This document shows, piece after piece, positions 23,578-36,884 of a stretch of DNA of 64,000 nt. Source of the DNA: Octopus vulgaris (taxonomy: Eukaryota); contig OX597820.1 in NCBI GenBank assembly GCA_951406725.2, forward strand, positions 39,928,001 to 39,992,000. Direction: 5' to 3'. Position numbers and translations under genes: made by a program. Under the pieces are notes generated by a model. It was not told the origin of the DNA. It saw only the letters and a list, made by a program, of their open reading frames with translations, and did not search any database. Within the stretch, counting starts at the first letter, position 1. Every line of letters starts with the position of its first letter.

Positions 23578-23717
23578 TGTTTGCAAATATATAAGAGTTT
23601 TTATAGTGACTTCTGACACTGATTTCGAAAAACCTCTGAGATTTAATAATGCTTGCAGTCAGTTTTTCGAAATCAGTGTCAGAAGTCACTAGAAAAACTC
23701 TTAAATATTTGCAAACA
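23578..23717. repeat. Near-perfect 56-bp inverted repeat with 28-nt loop
   Basis: 23578-23633 pairs with 23662-23717 with 2 mismatches. Confidence 0.95.
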
Positions 23718-23741
23718 GGCCTTGTCTTTCATCGTGATCCG

Positions 23742-23801
23742 GTGATTACCGCCCGTTGATAAGAGACAATAATCTCGAAACCGCGGTCCGGTGCGTATCA
23801 C
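23742..23801 (+). ncRNA. Type I hammerhead ribozyme, U3-A8 core (opposite strand, distinct sequence)
   Basis: GTGAT-TAC-CGCCCG-TTGATAA-GAGA(CAATAA)TCTC-GAAA-CCGCGG-TC-CGGTGCG-T-ATCAC. Predicted cleavage after 23788. Confidence 0.85.
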
Positions 23802-23899
23802 TTAGGCTTACAAGAAAGGGATGGCCTCCCTTTGCAAATACCTTAAGTGCACAGGAATTGTGTTTAAAGTCAGCTGTAGACGATGATCTCCTGGGGCTA

Positions 23900-23965
23900 A
23901 AAAGCTACAGTAACACCCCCCCCCTTTGTGGTTAGCCATATTGAGATGGCTATTATACTTTACAT
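23900..23965 (+). mobile_element. Internal fragment of the Helitron at 45303-45702
   Basis: Reverse complement of ~45367-45432. Confidence 0.7.
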
Positions 23966-24699
23966 ACATATATGTTGAATAATATATTTTGAATACCTGA
24001 GAGCAAACTGGTAATCGTTTTGCGCTACCTGGTGCTTTAATTTTGGTTACGGACTTAACATCCAGCAAGGATGCATAAGCAGTCAGTCGAAATTTCCTAC
24101 CATTGCCGTTGTTTTTGTACTAGCTATAAAAGTAATAACTTCAGCGTAACATTGCCCAAAGTGCTAATCAATGGAACTGAACGCAAAGCCATGTGGACTG
24201 GAAGCAAACTTCTCACCTCACAGCCACACAAAATGACACACGCGCACGCGCTCGCAAGGAAGTATATTGATGGCATACATTAACAGACAATTAAGTGCAA
24301 GAGCCAGAGACGTTAGAGGTTAAAAAAAGGATTAAAAAATAGCAAACAGAGGCAGAAGTGATAGGCGTGCAAGAAAAGAAATCTATAAAAGTCTGTTATC
24401 ATATCTAAACTACATCATCTATTATTAGAGTTATCTTTTCCCCCAAAGGACAATGGTGTCAAAAAGGTTAGCAATGCTGTTTCACTTCCAGTTTCATTTT
24501 GTAATTTTTTTTTTCAGCAATTCCAATTTTTTTTTGCCATGTCAGCTTTGTCAAGATCTCAAATATCAGAAGAAATTTTTGATGTTTTCATATTTTTCTT
24601 ATTCGTATATAAATATAGGCATATGGAAATGTAGGGTATATCTTTGCTTATTTGCATCTCTGCTTACGTGTCTACGTATCATTTGTGTATTGATGAATT

Positions 24700-24797
<98 letters not shown>

Positions 24798-24804
24798 TAT
24801 ATAT

Positions 24805-24849
<45 letters not shown>

Positions 24850-25193
24850 TATATGAATAAGTCTTTACGAATATATATATTTGTTTGAATATGGATATGC
24901 TCATATATTTTCTTATTATTTATTTGTAAGTCTGTATATGCGTACATAATATTTGTTTGTGTATATTTATATAATAATATATACACGTATTTAATTAATA
25001 TAATATATTCATGTATATTCATAAATGTAATAATCTTATGTTCGCAAGGATACCACTCATATAATTCTTTTGCATTTTTCCTTTCTCACAATCTAAATCT
25101 TATTTTATATGTTGAAATATGTACAAGAATGACCGAATTGTTATAGTTATTACCGGTAAGAGATACACTACACAATTTCACTGCTTGATAATA

Positions 25194-25237
<44 letters not shown>

Positions 25238-25337
25238 ATATTTCTTTCTATATATATACTGAGAGTGAGGAAGAGAGAAAAAGAGATATATAGACAGATA
25301 GACAGACAGGTAGACAGATAGATAGATAAATAGATAA

Positions 25338-25368
<31 letters not shown>

Positions 25369-25789
25369 GAAAGAATCAACAGATTACATCCAATTATGAC
25401 CAATATACAAAATACTTGGTAGAACACAAATGATTTGAACTTACAATACTCATAAATACACTCACACGCACAAGCCAATGTATATATTCCTTTAAATACA
25501 CATGCATACACCCACATATATACATACTCCGATCGACATATACACTTATATCTTTATATGCATACATCCTCTCGCATTTTTGGGTATATATATACATACT
25601 TAAATACATAGACATAGATAAGTAAATACAAAGGGACTTGCACATAAATATAGTGAAACGCGTGTATATATACACACTCTACACACACACACACACGTAT
25701 CTCTCTACTTACCACTAACCTTAGGTGCTGTCTCTCACAAGATCGCTCCCATACATGTAGATAAACATATATATATATATATATATCAC

Positions 25790-26022
25790 ATATGATCACA
25801 TGACCGACCAGGCTATCAGATGTTGTTACACATCGCTGATCACAATGAGCTTCGCATTGTTTTAGCCTTCAAATGACGCCACGCCGCTGGTTAAGCGAGC
25901 AGGCCAACAGAAGAAAGAGTGAGAGAAAGTTGTGGCGAAAGAGTACAGCAGGGATCACCACCATCCCCTGCCGGAGCCTCGTGGAGCTTTAGGTGTTTTC
26001 GCTCAATAAACACTCACAACGC
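25790..26022 (-). mobile_element. SINE family C (head missing)
   Basis: Matches 48725-48945. Confidence 0.85.
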
Positions 26023-26072
26023 ACACACATATACATATATATATATATATATATATACGTATACACACACAA

Positions 26073-26114
<42 letters not shown>

Positions 26115-26142
26115 GTATACATATGCATATATGCATATGCAG

Positions 26143-26830
26143 ACATGGGTACAGGATGTTGCCAACAGTAAAGAACATGAAATACGAAAACAAAGGTGTT
26201 CTATACGCAAACAACGTGAGAAACAAATGGAAAGGTAACATAAAGAACGACCCTTCATCAGTTATCGGCGGTGTATCTAATCCTCATTTGGATCACTGAA
26301 CGACAATATGAGATTTCAAAGACAGTTGCTCACATACGAACCAAAATAAAATTTTGGATACCGCACGAAACGGACGATGCTCTCTCTCTCTTTCTGTTTT
26401 TTATTTCTTTCTCTCGTTGCTCACACGTGACCATGGTTCCTCCGTTTTTTCCTCACGGGATCATCTTTCTTTTCCTTCACGACTGTCCTAAGGATTGGTT
26501 ATATTCTACATCCCTCTTCTATGTTTTTTCAAAGAAAATATTTCTCAAGCGTTTGCTATTTTACACTCGTTCTGGTCCAACAACACTCCATGTTTGTTTT
26601 CGTTCGGTTTCCTTGTGTGTCTCTACTGTCCTGTTTTGTTCCCAACTTTCACCCTCCATAAATCCCAGATTTTATTTTGAGACTTATGGGAACAACCCTC
26701 GTGGAGGAATCATATCGTCGTTCAGTGCTCGAAATGAAGAGTAGATAGGCAGCCGACATGAAATACGAAAACAAATGAGTTCAATACACAAACAACGAAA
26801 GAAACAAATGGAAAACAGGACAAGCAACAT
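26143..26830. repeat. Compound inverted/direct repeat element (possibly Penelope-related)
   Basis: 26265-26352 is inverted at 26669-26757. 26176-26233 is directly repeated at 26757-26815. Terminus ATGGGTACAGGA is shared with ~45243-45254. Confidence 0.55.
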
Positions 26831-27053
26831 ATATATATATATATATTATAAATGCATGAATCTAAATAGCTAAGGGTGATAAATAAACATAGAGAGACAG
26901 GGAAAGCAGTTGAAAGGAGTCCCGAAAATGTATGACACAGTAGGTTAATATATTGAAAGGGCAGACGACATATCACGTGAAAGTAGAGAGGTATTTTACT
27001 ATGCACAGATTTGGCAGTTAGTGACTTACAGATGGAATTTCATAGTTGTGAAA

Positions 27054-27313
27054 TACATATATGCGTACATACATAAATAAATACATACATACATACATAC
27101 ATACATACATACATACATACATACATACATACGTGTGTTTGTGTTTATGTGTGCATCCAATATATCCATCTGTCTACATATATGCGTACATACATAAATA
27201 AATACATACATACATACATACATACATACATACATACATACATACATACATACATACATACGTGTGTTTGTGTTTATGTGTGCATCCAATATATCCATCT
27301 GTCTACATATATG
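27054..27313. repeat. Near-perfect tandem duplication (~125 bp) containing (CATA)n
   Basis: GTGTGTTTGTGTTTATGTGTGCATCCAATATATCCATCTGTCTACATATATG occurs twice. Confidence 0.9.
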
Positions 27314-28381
27314 TACCTGAATGCAAACATATATGTGTGTATGTAGTTATACGTAACGGTACAATCACTCGGGCGCGCACACAGAGATAGAGACCGGATA
27401 TTTTATGTACAACTGAAAGAAAGAGCAGTTATTGTTAAACACTTCTTATATAGTATTTATATCGTCATATGCAAACACGGTGTATATGTATGGATTACAG
27501 GTATGATGCTTCACTACCGTGATACATTGGTATTAGAACTTGTTAACAAGTCTATCAATGACACATACACATGCATACATACACACACACACACACATAC
27601 ACACACCCTCAAGTGTGTTTGTGTGTATGTGTGTGTGTGTATGTTTGTATAAATGCGTTTATGTGTGTATTTGCGTCATCATCAACTTTTGAAATACATT
27701 CAATTCACTCTTATGTTGAATACTAAGAAAGGTAATGTATTCGTTTAACCTATTCCAAATATCAGATTCCCTAGCGTAAACATTACCAACTTTGGTGATT
27801 CTTCAAACAAGTTGGTCACTGTTCCTCACTTGGATCTCTTCCATCCAACGCATGTTTCCGAAAATGATTTATATTTAAGAATTAGATCAGCCTGATCAGT
27901 ATTTGGAAAATTGCTGAAACGTGTCATTAATCATCTGCCTGTCCAAATCATGTTCATAATTTTGTTATAACAGTCCATGCTTGTTATTAGACTTTTCATT
28001 GCCCTTGTTTCATACGTTCTGAGTAATATAAAGGTTTCCTTTCATAATACTCAAGTTACACTGATGGCTCAAAACCATTGAGAATTTGTATCAGATATGA
28101 TGCATGGACGCCAGGGACATATATTATGTATCAGTTGTGATACACATGGCAGGCAAAAGGGTTAAACACAAACACCTCAACCAAGAGAAACTGATGAATT
28201 TTTCAAACTGTCATTATCTCACCAGACTTATAACATGGACACTTTATCGATGGGAGATCGAAATGTAAAACAATCCTTGCATTGAATGAAACTTGATCAA
28301 ATACCAGCCATGATGGTTTCTAAATGTTTTGTACTGAAAGAAGAAAGAATTCATCGACAAATGATCTTTAATTATCTTTAT

Positions 28382-28533
28382 AGGTGCAGGAGTGGCTGTG
28401 TTGTAAGTAGCTTGCTTACTAACCACATGGTCCCACTGCATGGCACCTTAGGCAAGTGTCTTCTACTATAGCTTCGGGCCGACCAAAGCCTTGCGAGTGG
28501 ATTTGGTAGACGGAAACTGTTAGAAGCCCGTCG

Positions 28534-28614
<81 letters not shown>

Positions 28615-28863
28615 CTGTGTGTGTGTCTGTGTGTGTATGTGTGTATGTGTGTGTGTGTATATGTTTGAGTGTCTATTTCTCCCCCCAACATCGCTTGACA
28701 ACCAATACTGGTGTGATTACGTCCCCGTAACTTAGCGGTTCAGTAAAAGAGACCCATAGAATAAGTACTAGGCTTACAAAGAATAAGCTCTGGTGTCGAT
28801 TTGCCCGACTATAGACAGTGCTCCAGCATGGCCACAGTCAAATGACTGAAACAAGTAAAAGAG
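28382..28863 (+). mobile_element. SINE family A, full length
   Basis: Head GGTGCAGGAGTGGCTGTG through tail GACTGAAACAAGTAAAAGAG. Confidence 0.9.
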
Positions 28864-28967
28864 TAATTTTAAAATCCTTTACGATAGAAAAAGACTAACT
28901 TTTCGTATCCAAAATGGATTTTCAACCCAATAATTACGCAGTTTATATTACTTCGAGAACAAATTCC

Positions 28968-29001
<34 letters not shown>

Positions 29002-29227
29002 CTTCATCAATAATATTGTTGATAGTGACATCGAATTTTCGGTAAGCAAAACCAATATCGGGCGGACCGACGGTGGGTTAGCTTTCCATACGCACAAGCA
29101 CACAGACATACACGTGCACGTACACACGCACGCGCGCGCACAAACACACAAGCATACACACTGGCATACAATTCTCAAATATTCATACTTCTGATTATAT
29201 ATGCATCTGCATTACATATGAATATAT

Positions 29228-29450
29228 ATTTCTTTACTACCCACAAGGGGCTAAACACAGAGGGGACAAACAAGGACAGACAAACGGATTAAGTCGATTA
29301 CATCAACCCCAGTGCGTAACTGGTACTTAATTTATCGACCCCGAAGGATGAAAGGCAAAGTCGACCTCGACGGAATTTGAACCCAGAACGTAACGGCAGA
29401 CGAAATACGGCTACGCATTTCGCCCGGCGTGCTAACGTTTCTGCCAGCTT
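29228..29450 (-). mobile_element. SINE family B
   Basis: Match to consensus. Confidence 0.88.
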
Positions 29451-29483
29451 GCAATACGTCCGTGCATAGTTCGTATCATATAC

Positions 29484-29514
<31 letters not shown>

Positions 29515-29552
29515 TGTATGTATGCATGTATGTATGTATGTATGTATGTATG

Positions 29553-29616
<64 letters not shown>

Positions 29617-29775
29617 AATCTCTCTATCTCTCTATCTATCTTTCTATCCATCCGCCTGTGTGTCTACTTATCTACCTATCGATAGAAATATCATATGCGC
29701 ATTTGTGTGATGTATGTTTGTATGCATGTTCGAATATACGCGTGGTTGTATTTATATAATAAAGATTGGCTCGGG

Positions 29776-29842
<67 letters not shown>

Positions 29843-30801
29843 GTAAAGCTAGGAGCACGTCACTTGAAGATGAATGTCCATAAACGAGTGCGTTCCAATC
29901 CTTTGTAGTAGGAGTTTAAAGATCAATATGGCAGCGACTTTACTTCCGCCAACATACTGTCAGTTGGTATTGACCGTTCATTAATCATCCACTTTTCAAA
30001 TTTAGGCTTGCCTGCTAACACTACCATTGGTGTAACCAAGCAACAACACTTCGGTATTTATAGATGTTTTGTTCCTGGAAATTTCCCAATTGTCATCAGT
30101 GAACTCCAAGTTCTTGCATTTGGCGTCTTATGCCCTTATAACCTAACTTCTAAAATAATTTGAAACACACTTGCCTGTACGAAGTTACAGAAGTGTACGG
30201 TCGTATATACATGCACGCGACGAGAACACACGCATACATGCATAGATATGTATGTGCGTATATCTGTCTGTGTGTTTGTGAGAGAAGAGGTAGAGAGAGA
30301 GTGTGTGTGTATGTGAGAGTATGTATATACATACATATACGAACGTACATGTATGCATATACATATATATGTTTGTGTATATATATATATGAATGTATGT
30401 GCACATTTATATAAATATGTGTGTGTGTGTGTGTGTGTTTACACTGAAATAACAGGAGGCAGAGAATGTCAGAGAGAGGTACAGCGGCAGATGACTGAAT
30501 CAATAATGTTTCTTACAATTAACTGAAAAGTTGTCGGGCCAAATTCGGTCACTTCTGGTGCATTGGTTTGGACCATGCATCTAACCTACCATCAATCCAG
30601 TCATCCATCCATCCATCGTTTTTTTACTCCTTTCTTTTCTCTTTCCTTCTTTCTTTCTTTCTTTCTTTTTTCCATTGTCTCTATGTATAATACTACTACT
30701 ACTACTAAAAATAAGAAGAAGAATAAGAAGAACAAGAAGAAGAATGAACTATAATTTATTTTATGTATACATGTATATGCATATATATATATATGTATGT
30801 A

Positions 30802-30856
<55 letters not shown>

Positions 30857-30861
30857 TTTTA

Positions 30862-30900
<39 letters not shown>

Positions 30901-31010
30901 TTATATTTATTTATTTATATGCATAAACTTTCGTCCGCATTATGAATCACCTCTAGATTTTGTTACCTCTCTATAACCTCATAAAGTTATGCTCAACACA
31001 CACACTAGCA

Positions 31011-31062
<52 letters not shown>

Positions 31063-31137
31063 TATGTATTTATATATATGTATATATATATATGCATGTA
31101 TACATATGTGTATATATTCTTTTTTTAATTCTTTTAT

Positions 31138-31346
31138 AACTTTCAGTCATTTGACTGCAGTCATGCTGGAGTACCGCCTTTAGTCGAATAAATCGAATCA
31201 ATCTCACGGCTTATTCTTTGTAAGCCTACTAATTAGCCTATCGATCTCGTTCGCAGAGCTGCTAAGTTTGAGGGACATAAACACCACAACATCAGTTGTC
31301 AAGCGATGGTGGGGAGGCAAACACAAATACACGCACATGAATATAG

Positions 31347-31394
<48 letters not shown>

Positions 31395-31556
31395 AGGGCT
31401 TCTTACAGTTTCCGTCTCACAAATCCACTCACAAGGTTTTGGTCTGCCCGAAGCTATAGTTGAAGACACTTATCCAAGGTGCCTCGCAGAGAGAATGAAC
31501 CCGGAACCATGTGGTTTGTTGGGAAGCAAGTTTCCTACCACACAGCCACGCCTGCG

Positions 31557-31560
<4 letters not shown>
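31138..31560 (-). mobile_element. SINE family A
   Basis: Match to consensus. Confidence 0.85.
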
Positions 31561-31595
<35 letters not shown>

Positions 31596-31961
31596 ATATA
31601 CACATACGTGCATACTTACATAAATACATACACATATATTTATATACATATATACACACATACATACATGCATACATACGTGCTTACATACATGCATACA
31701 TACATACATGCATACATACATACATACATACATACATACATACATACATACATACATACATACATACATACATACATACATACTTGTATACATACATACA
31801 TACATACATACATACATACATAGATACCCATCATATATATACATACATACATATATATGTGTGTATATATATATATATAAATAAGTTATACGTGGTGTCT
31901 GATAAAACAAAGCAGGGGTGCATACAAATGTAGAAAAATAATAAAAATAAATATCAATTAC

Positions 31962-32003
<42 letters not shown>

Positions 32004-32004
<1 letters not shown>

Positions 32005-34620
32005 GGTGTCTTGACTCTAGATCATTAATTTTTGTAGCTGAGTACTCCTTTTAACCTTAGATATGATTTCAACAAACGTTCAAGTGCTCGAGACCTTTCT
32101 GCTCCTTCCTGTTCCTAAGAAGCAAACTTTCTGTAACAGTTCTACAGGCCATTCCATGCCACTTCCTTTCTCTTTTTATCTATTTCATCATACACATACA
32201 TTCCCTAATGCACCAATTATCAAAACTTCAATCTTCACAGATTTCGAGCTCCAAATCCTTCCTATCTCACATTTTAAAGGGTTCTATCCTTATCCTCTTT
32301 TCACTTTCTTTCTATAGGATCTTAGTATCAAAGACATGATGGTTTAATCAGTAATATCTGTAATATCTGCCTTGCTATGTTGCAACATATTCGTTGAATG
32401 GGAAAATGCCGCGCTGCCTTGCATGTTTTCGACTCAAGTTCTCTTTCTGCCCCATGATTGTACCATGTGTTTCCTCCTTCATACCCCATCTTTGACAAAA
32501 CTGTCATTGTGAAACTTTTGCAGCTTGAGCATACCGTAATTTCTTATAAATTTCCTGAGTCAACTAGCGACATTCTGCAACAATGTGCGCTAGTGTTTCA
32601 TCTCAAATTCTACCATCCCTACATTTTGGCGACGTATTCTCCACCTATACATATCTTTTCAAGTTGTTTGCTTGCATTGCTTGTTATATATAACAATGCT
32701 CTATAATGCTATTATAATAATGGTCTATGTTTCTATTTTCAATTGTTCCTTTTTCAACGAAGTCTAGGATTTTTTTTCTACGCGTATCCTCAAAATCGTC
32801 CATGCAAAGTTTTCTCTTCAGTCTATTCAACTTGTTCTCTTTGAATTTCAATATTGTCCTTTTAATCTTTTCCAGTCTTGATAATTTGTTTCTTACTCAC
32901 TGTCGTTAGTAACTTTCGTATGTTGTTCTGCAACTATTCAACCAAGCTGTTTCGCTCCATCTGCGCACTCTCTTCCATATCAATTAAGCCTTTTACTCTG
33001 GTCTCCCTTCAAGTACAACCTGTTGATATCAGCTTTCGGTTGGTGAGCCCCATACATATTAAACAACTTTCTACTTTTTCTGTCAAGTTTCTGCTTTTCG
33101 CCTTTTGTCCAATCCACTATTCCATCTTCGTATCTGATATACTGCTTCAATAACATTTCACGAATTCATCCTTGACTGTAATATTTTCCCTCACTTTATT
33201 TGTATACTCCCTACTACCTTCACCTCTTCATGATACATTTCATCTGCCTTCAGTGTCTTTTCTTCACTGATATCACCGTTTGCACATTCAACATTTCACT
33301 CCCTGAATTCCTTCAAATCTTTCTCTTTTCCTTATCAAATTAGCTCATTTTGAAGCCCGAATTACACTCCTGCATCATTTAAGAAAATGTGTACATAATT
33401 TATAAGACATTCCGGCTGCTTCTCATTATCGCATAAAACATTAAATGATCCATGAATAATTGTTTCTGACTATATTCTTTTCTCAAACCATTAGCCTTTT
33501 TCACTTTTCCTAATATTAAACTAAACAGTATCACGGCCATTACAATTAGAAATAGTGATAAGCTATTACTGTGGAATATATATGTCCTTTCTCAAGTTCT
33601 TTTCCTCCAATCAAGTCAGTGGTCAAATGTTTCTAACTTTCATTGACCAGTTTCTCCATATTTTCTGACACTTCAAACATACTCATTGTTTAACAGATCC
33701 ATCCGTGCAGTTTCATGTCATATGCTTTTTATAATCCAACCATGCTACATTCAACTACGACGATCTGGGTCTGAAATTTCTGATTACTATTCCTTCAGCT
33801 AACAACTGGTTTTTAATTGCTCTATTTTGCTTCCTTCTCCCTTTCTGTTCCACAGTAAAAAGTTTATTGCTTTACAGATGATCATATAACTTCTTCCGCC
33901 AAAGCACCAGTCGTAAGCGTTCACATAAGTGACAAACTGGTTCTAAATCAAAAACTTGACACCAATTTATCTTTCATGGAGTCTTTTAGGCAAAACAATG
34001 TTCGCAACTTTTCATCCAAGTAGGAACATGTTATATCTGCAGAAAATGGTCAAGGTGTGCTGAAGACCTTTCATGCAAGTGTGTAAAATTCTTAGGCCGA
34101 TAAATTCGCACTCCATCCGGGCATAGCTTTTTCCTATTTGGTATTTCTATTCAACTTCAGCGTCACCGAGTAAAAATCAATTCAGATGTTCCTTTATTTC
34201 GGCACATTAGAAACAATCTAATATGTTGAAAATCTTTACGTCTAACATAATTTCTTTTCAATTTCGTCTTTAACGCTACCCACCTTTGTATCAGTTCTTC
34301 AAACACAAGTTTGCTTTCCCCTCCCTTCTAGCCTGTGCTATCCATTCAATTTTCTGCGTAATGCCTCGTCATTGAATTCCTCTTTCATTATCATAATTAA
34401 ATGCTGTGATTCTTTTCGTGTCTTTTCCAACTTCATTTGTATTCCCTTCCTCTAATTTGGTTCTTTCTTTTTTTCTTTTTTCCTTTACCTTACTCCATTC
34501 AACTGTCTTTCGCTTGCATCCTATTATGTCAGCTACAACATTAGCGACGGATATGATTAGCTGGTTTCTTTCAATGATGTTACTAGGCTCCAAATGCCAT
34601 TTATTTTACGTGTGGCACTC
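32004..34620 (-). mobile_element. Old, heavily mutated R4/Dong-like LINE ending in (TAA)n
   Basis: LKCEIGRIW..VLIIGALG and LLQKVCFLGT C-terminal motifs. N-terminal IERNQLIISVANVV. (TAT)n at 31960-32003 lies at its 3' end. Confidence 0.65.
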
Positions 34621-34993
34621 CTTATATTTCCTCTGTCCATAGCCTCTTTTATCAAAAAATATAAACTGGAATTAAGTATAAACTCATATTGAAAATTAAA
34701 GATGTACCCCGACTGTTGTAAGAATCAAATGTAGACCAATACAAAAATTACAGATTTATCTCCCATCTACTGTAAAATACCTTGGTTACCAATTATTCTC
34801 CGTAGCAAACAAAATGTCTAATTCAGAAACTCATCCAAAACTCATAATTTGAAAAGCGATAACGAAACCGGTTATTATGTTGGAAGAAAAAATTCTTATT
34901 TTGTACATTATTGTATAATACTTTTACTATTGTGATTCTAATATATTCTTTAGTCTTGTGAAACAAATCTGTGTTTTTTCATCTTATTTCTTT

Positions 34994-35030
<37 letters not shown>

Positions 35031-36149
35031 AAGAGAAAGTGAGTGGAAGAGAGAGAGAGAGTGAGGGAGAGAGAGATGAGTGTTTTATTATAATGCGTAA
35101 GTATGCATGTAGTGATACTCTGGAGGAAATAAAGATGATGTTATTTTATTTTGAATCCCACCTCTCCGATATAATCCGTACTGATGCGTCTAAATTCTTC
35201 GAGGTCATGTTAACTCAATGAATATTTCGTCTCAGCATTCAGTATAACTACTTAGTTATTATCACTCCATCCACATGTGCTATTTGAACTATATTATATT
35301 TGTAATCTTTATGTCTATATCAAGTTAGCTAAATATTTATTTCTGCGGCAATGCAGCAGATAGTAAAATTCTTCCTTCTGGAGATTTATTTAATAATCCG
35401 AGATTAGGCAAGATATGTGATAGTGAAAGACCAAGATTTGCCTATTAAGCTAAAAAGTAATGTTCAGGTTTCTAGTAGTTCATTGCCTTTTTACTGATAT
35501 ATTTATTTACAACACCATGCAACACAAAATGTCAAATTTGGAATAAATCCATAATGTAACACAATCTCTTTTACAGATAATAAAGGTAAACGTAAGGGAA
35601 CCTTTTTATATCCAAAGAAGGGGGCATATTTTTTAATGTGGGTCTAATAGAAGGAGACTCAACGGAGGTAGGCTAGCTAACTTATCTGTAGGGATTTTCT
35701 CCAAAGGTGGCTATTGATTTCAATAATAGAAATGAAACCAAATTTCTTTTTAACTGCTAACTACATTTTACAAATTGTCACTTTAGGTATCGTAGTGTTA
35801 TAGAACTATATCTAAAACAAAATGAATGAGACGCTTTTTCTTATGGGTCATCTGAATCCGGGCTAACTTCGAACTGATCAGCAACATGGAGACACTTGAA
35901 ACGGCCGTAATGCACTGATAACTGGACATCCTTGTTACATATTTGCTTATTATTCACTTAACTTCGAGTTGTGTACGTATATGTATACATACACCTCGAA
36001 GTTGAAGGGTGATAGATAATAGCAGACATGAACATAACAGACTTGATAGTAGTAGTAGGATTACTATTAATACTAATAATATTAATAATAACAATAATAA
36101 CAATATGACTATCAATACTACTAATATTATTAGTAGCAATTCTCCTAGT

Positions 36150-36545
36150 AGCAATTGTAGAGATAGGTCCCACTGTCCGTTATTGGGCCGATGTCTTACC
36201 CAGAACGTAATTTATAAATGTACAATCATAACTATAATTGGTAACTATATATATTGGATGCTCGATTAATATTTTTAAAAAACGACCTTATAATCATTTT
36301 CCTCTTTTAGACTAAAGCATAAGGCTTATTGTACATCATTATCTAGTAAGATTTGGGAACTGAAGGAAAACGGTATTGAGTTTAGCCTTAAATGGGAAAT
36401 AATAAGGGAAGCGCAGCCTTATAGAAATTGTAGATACGGGTGTGAGCTGCGCTCTATGGAAACATGAGATATTTAGGCATAAAGACAAGAGCAACCTGAT
36501 TAACAATAGATTAGACCTTAAGGTATCATGCGTACAGTGTCACCC
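36150..36545 (+). pseudogene. Penelope zinc-finger linker + GIY-YIG endonuclease relic
   Basis: NCRDRSHCPLLGRCLTQNVIYKC, YIG, FKKR..NH..SF, TSLSSKIWELKE, KWEII, CEL across frameshifts. Confidence 0.8.
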
Positions 36546-36667
36546 GTACTTTTAAATACTTTTAAATATTTTCGAAATTAGCGTTTTATAGGTGTTGTGC
36601 TTGAACTGAATTGATGGAAACTAATCAAAAAATATTTTAGTGTTGAATCTAATTATTCGTACCCTTA

Positions 36668-36704
<37 letters not shown>

Positions 36705-36884
36705 CGTCAGGTGATATTCAGTTACCTGAAGAATTAAAGTACATTGCATATAATATAAGTTATATAGTATAGTAAGTTAGTGTGCTACATGGAGTTAGTA
36801 TACTATCCTATGAATATTCCTGCCTAGTTAGTCTAACTTCTACATGGTTTTAGTAATTAATATATTTATCCCTAACTAAAGTGT

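Larger units (their letters stand above)
22953..23578 (-). mobile_element. Retrozyme-like element: two 270-bp direct repeats (22953-23222, 23309-23578; ~6 differences), each with an HHR
   Basis: 356-bp period, GC-rich multi-hairpin unit, abuts (TA)n. Confidence 0.75.

Noticed and set aside
22953-23578. LTR/TRIM, CRISPR-like or telomerase RNA interpretation of the direct repeats
   Set aside because: No TG..CA ends, PBS or PPT seen. Only two long units. No telomeric template sequence.
22916-23692. ORFs in the 270-bp repeats (MWLGTGQGGG..., MASASSGND...)
   Set aside because: No recognisable domain, expected in GC-rich sequence, and RNA structure explains the conservation better.
27740-28166. 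piggyBac-like end (AAAAGGGTTAA at 28156-28166)
   Set aside because: No matching second TIR found.
29925-30135. Kinase-like peptide DDNWEISR and CTGATGA..GAAA on the minus strand, plus YY1/ETS-like motifs
   Set aside because: Frame closes quickly without kinase motifs. HHR stems I and III do not form properly. Short motifs are not significant.
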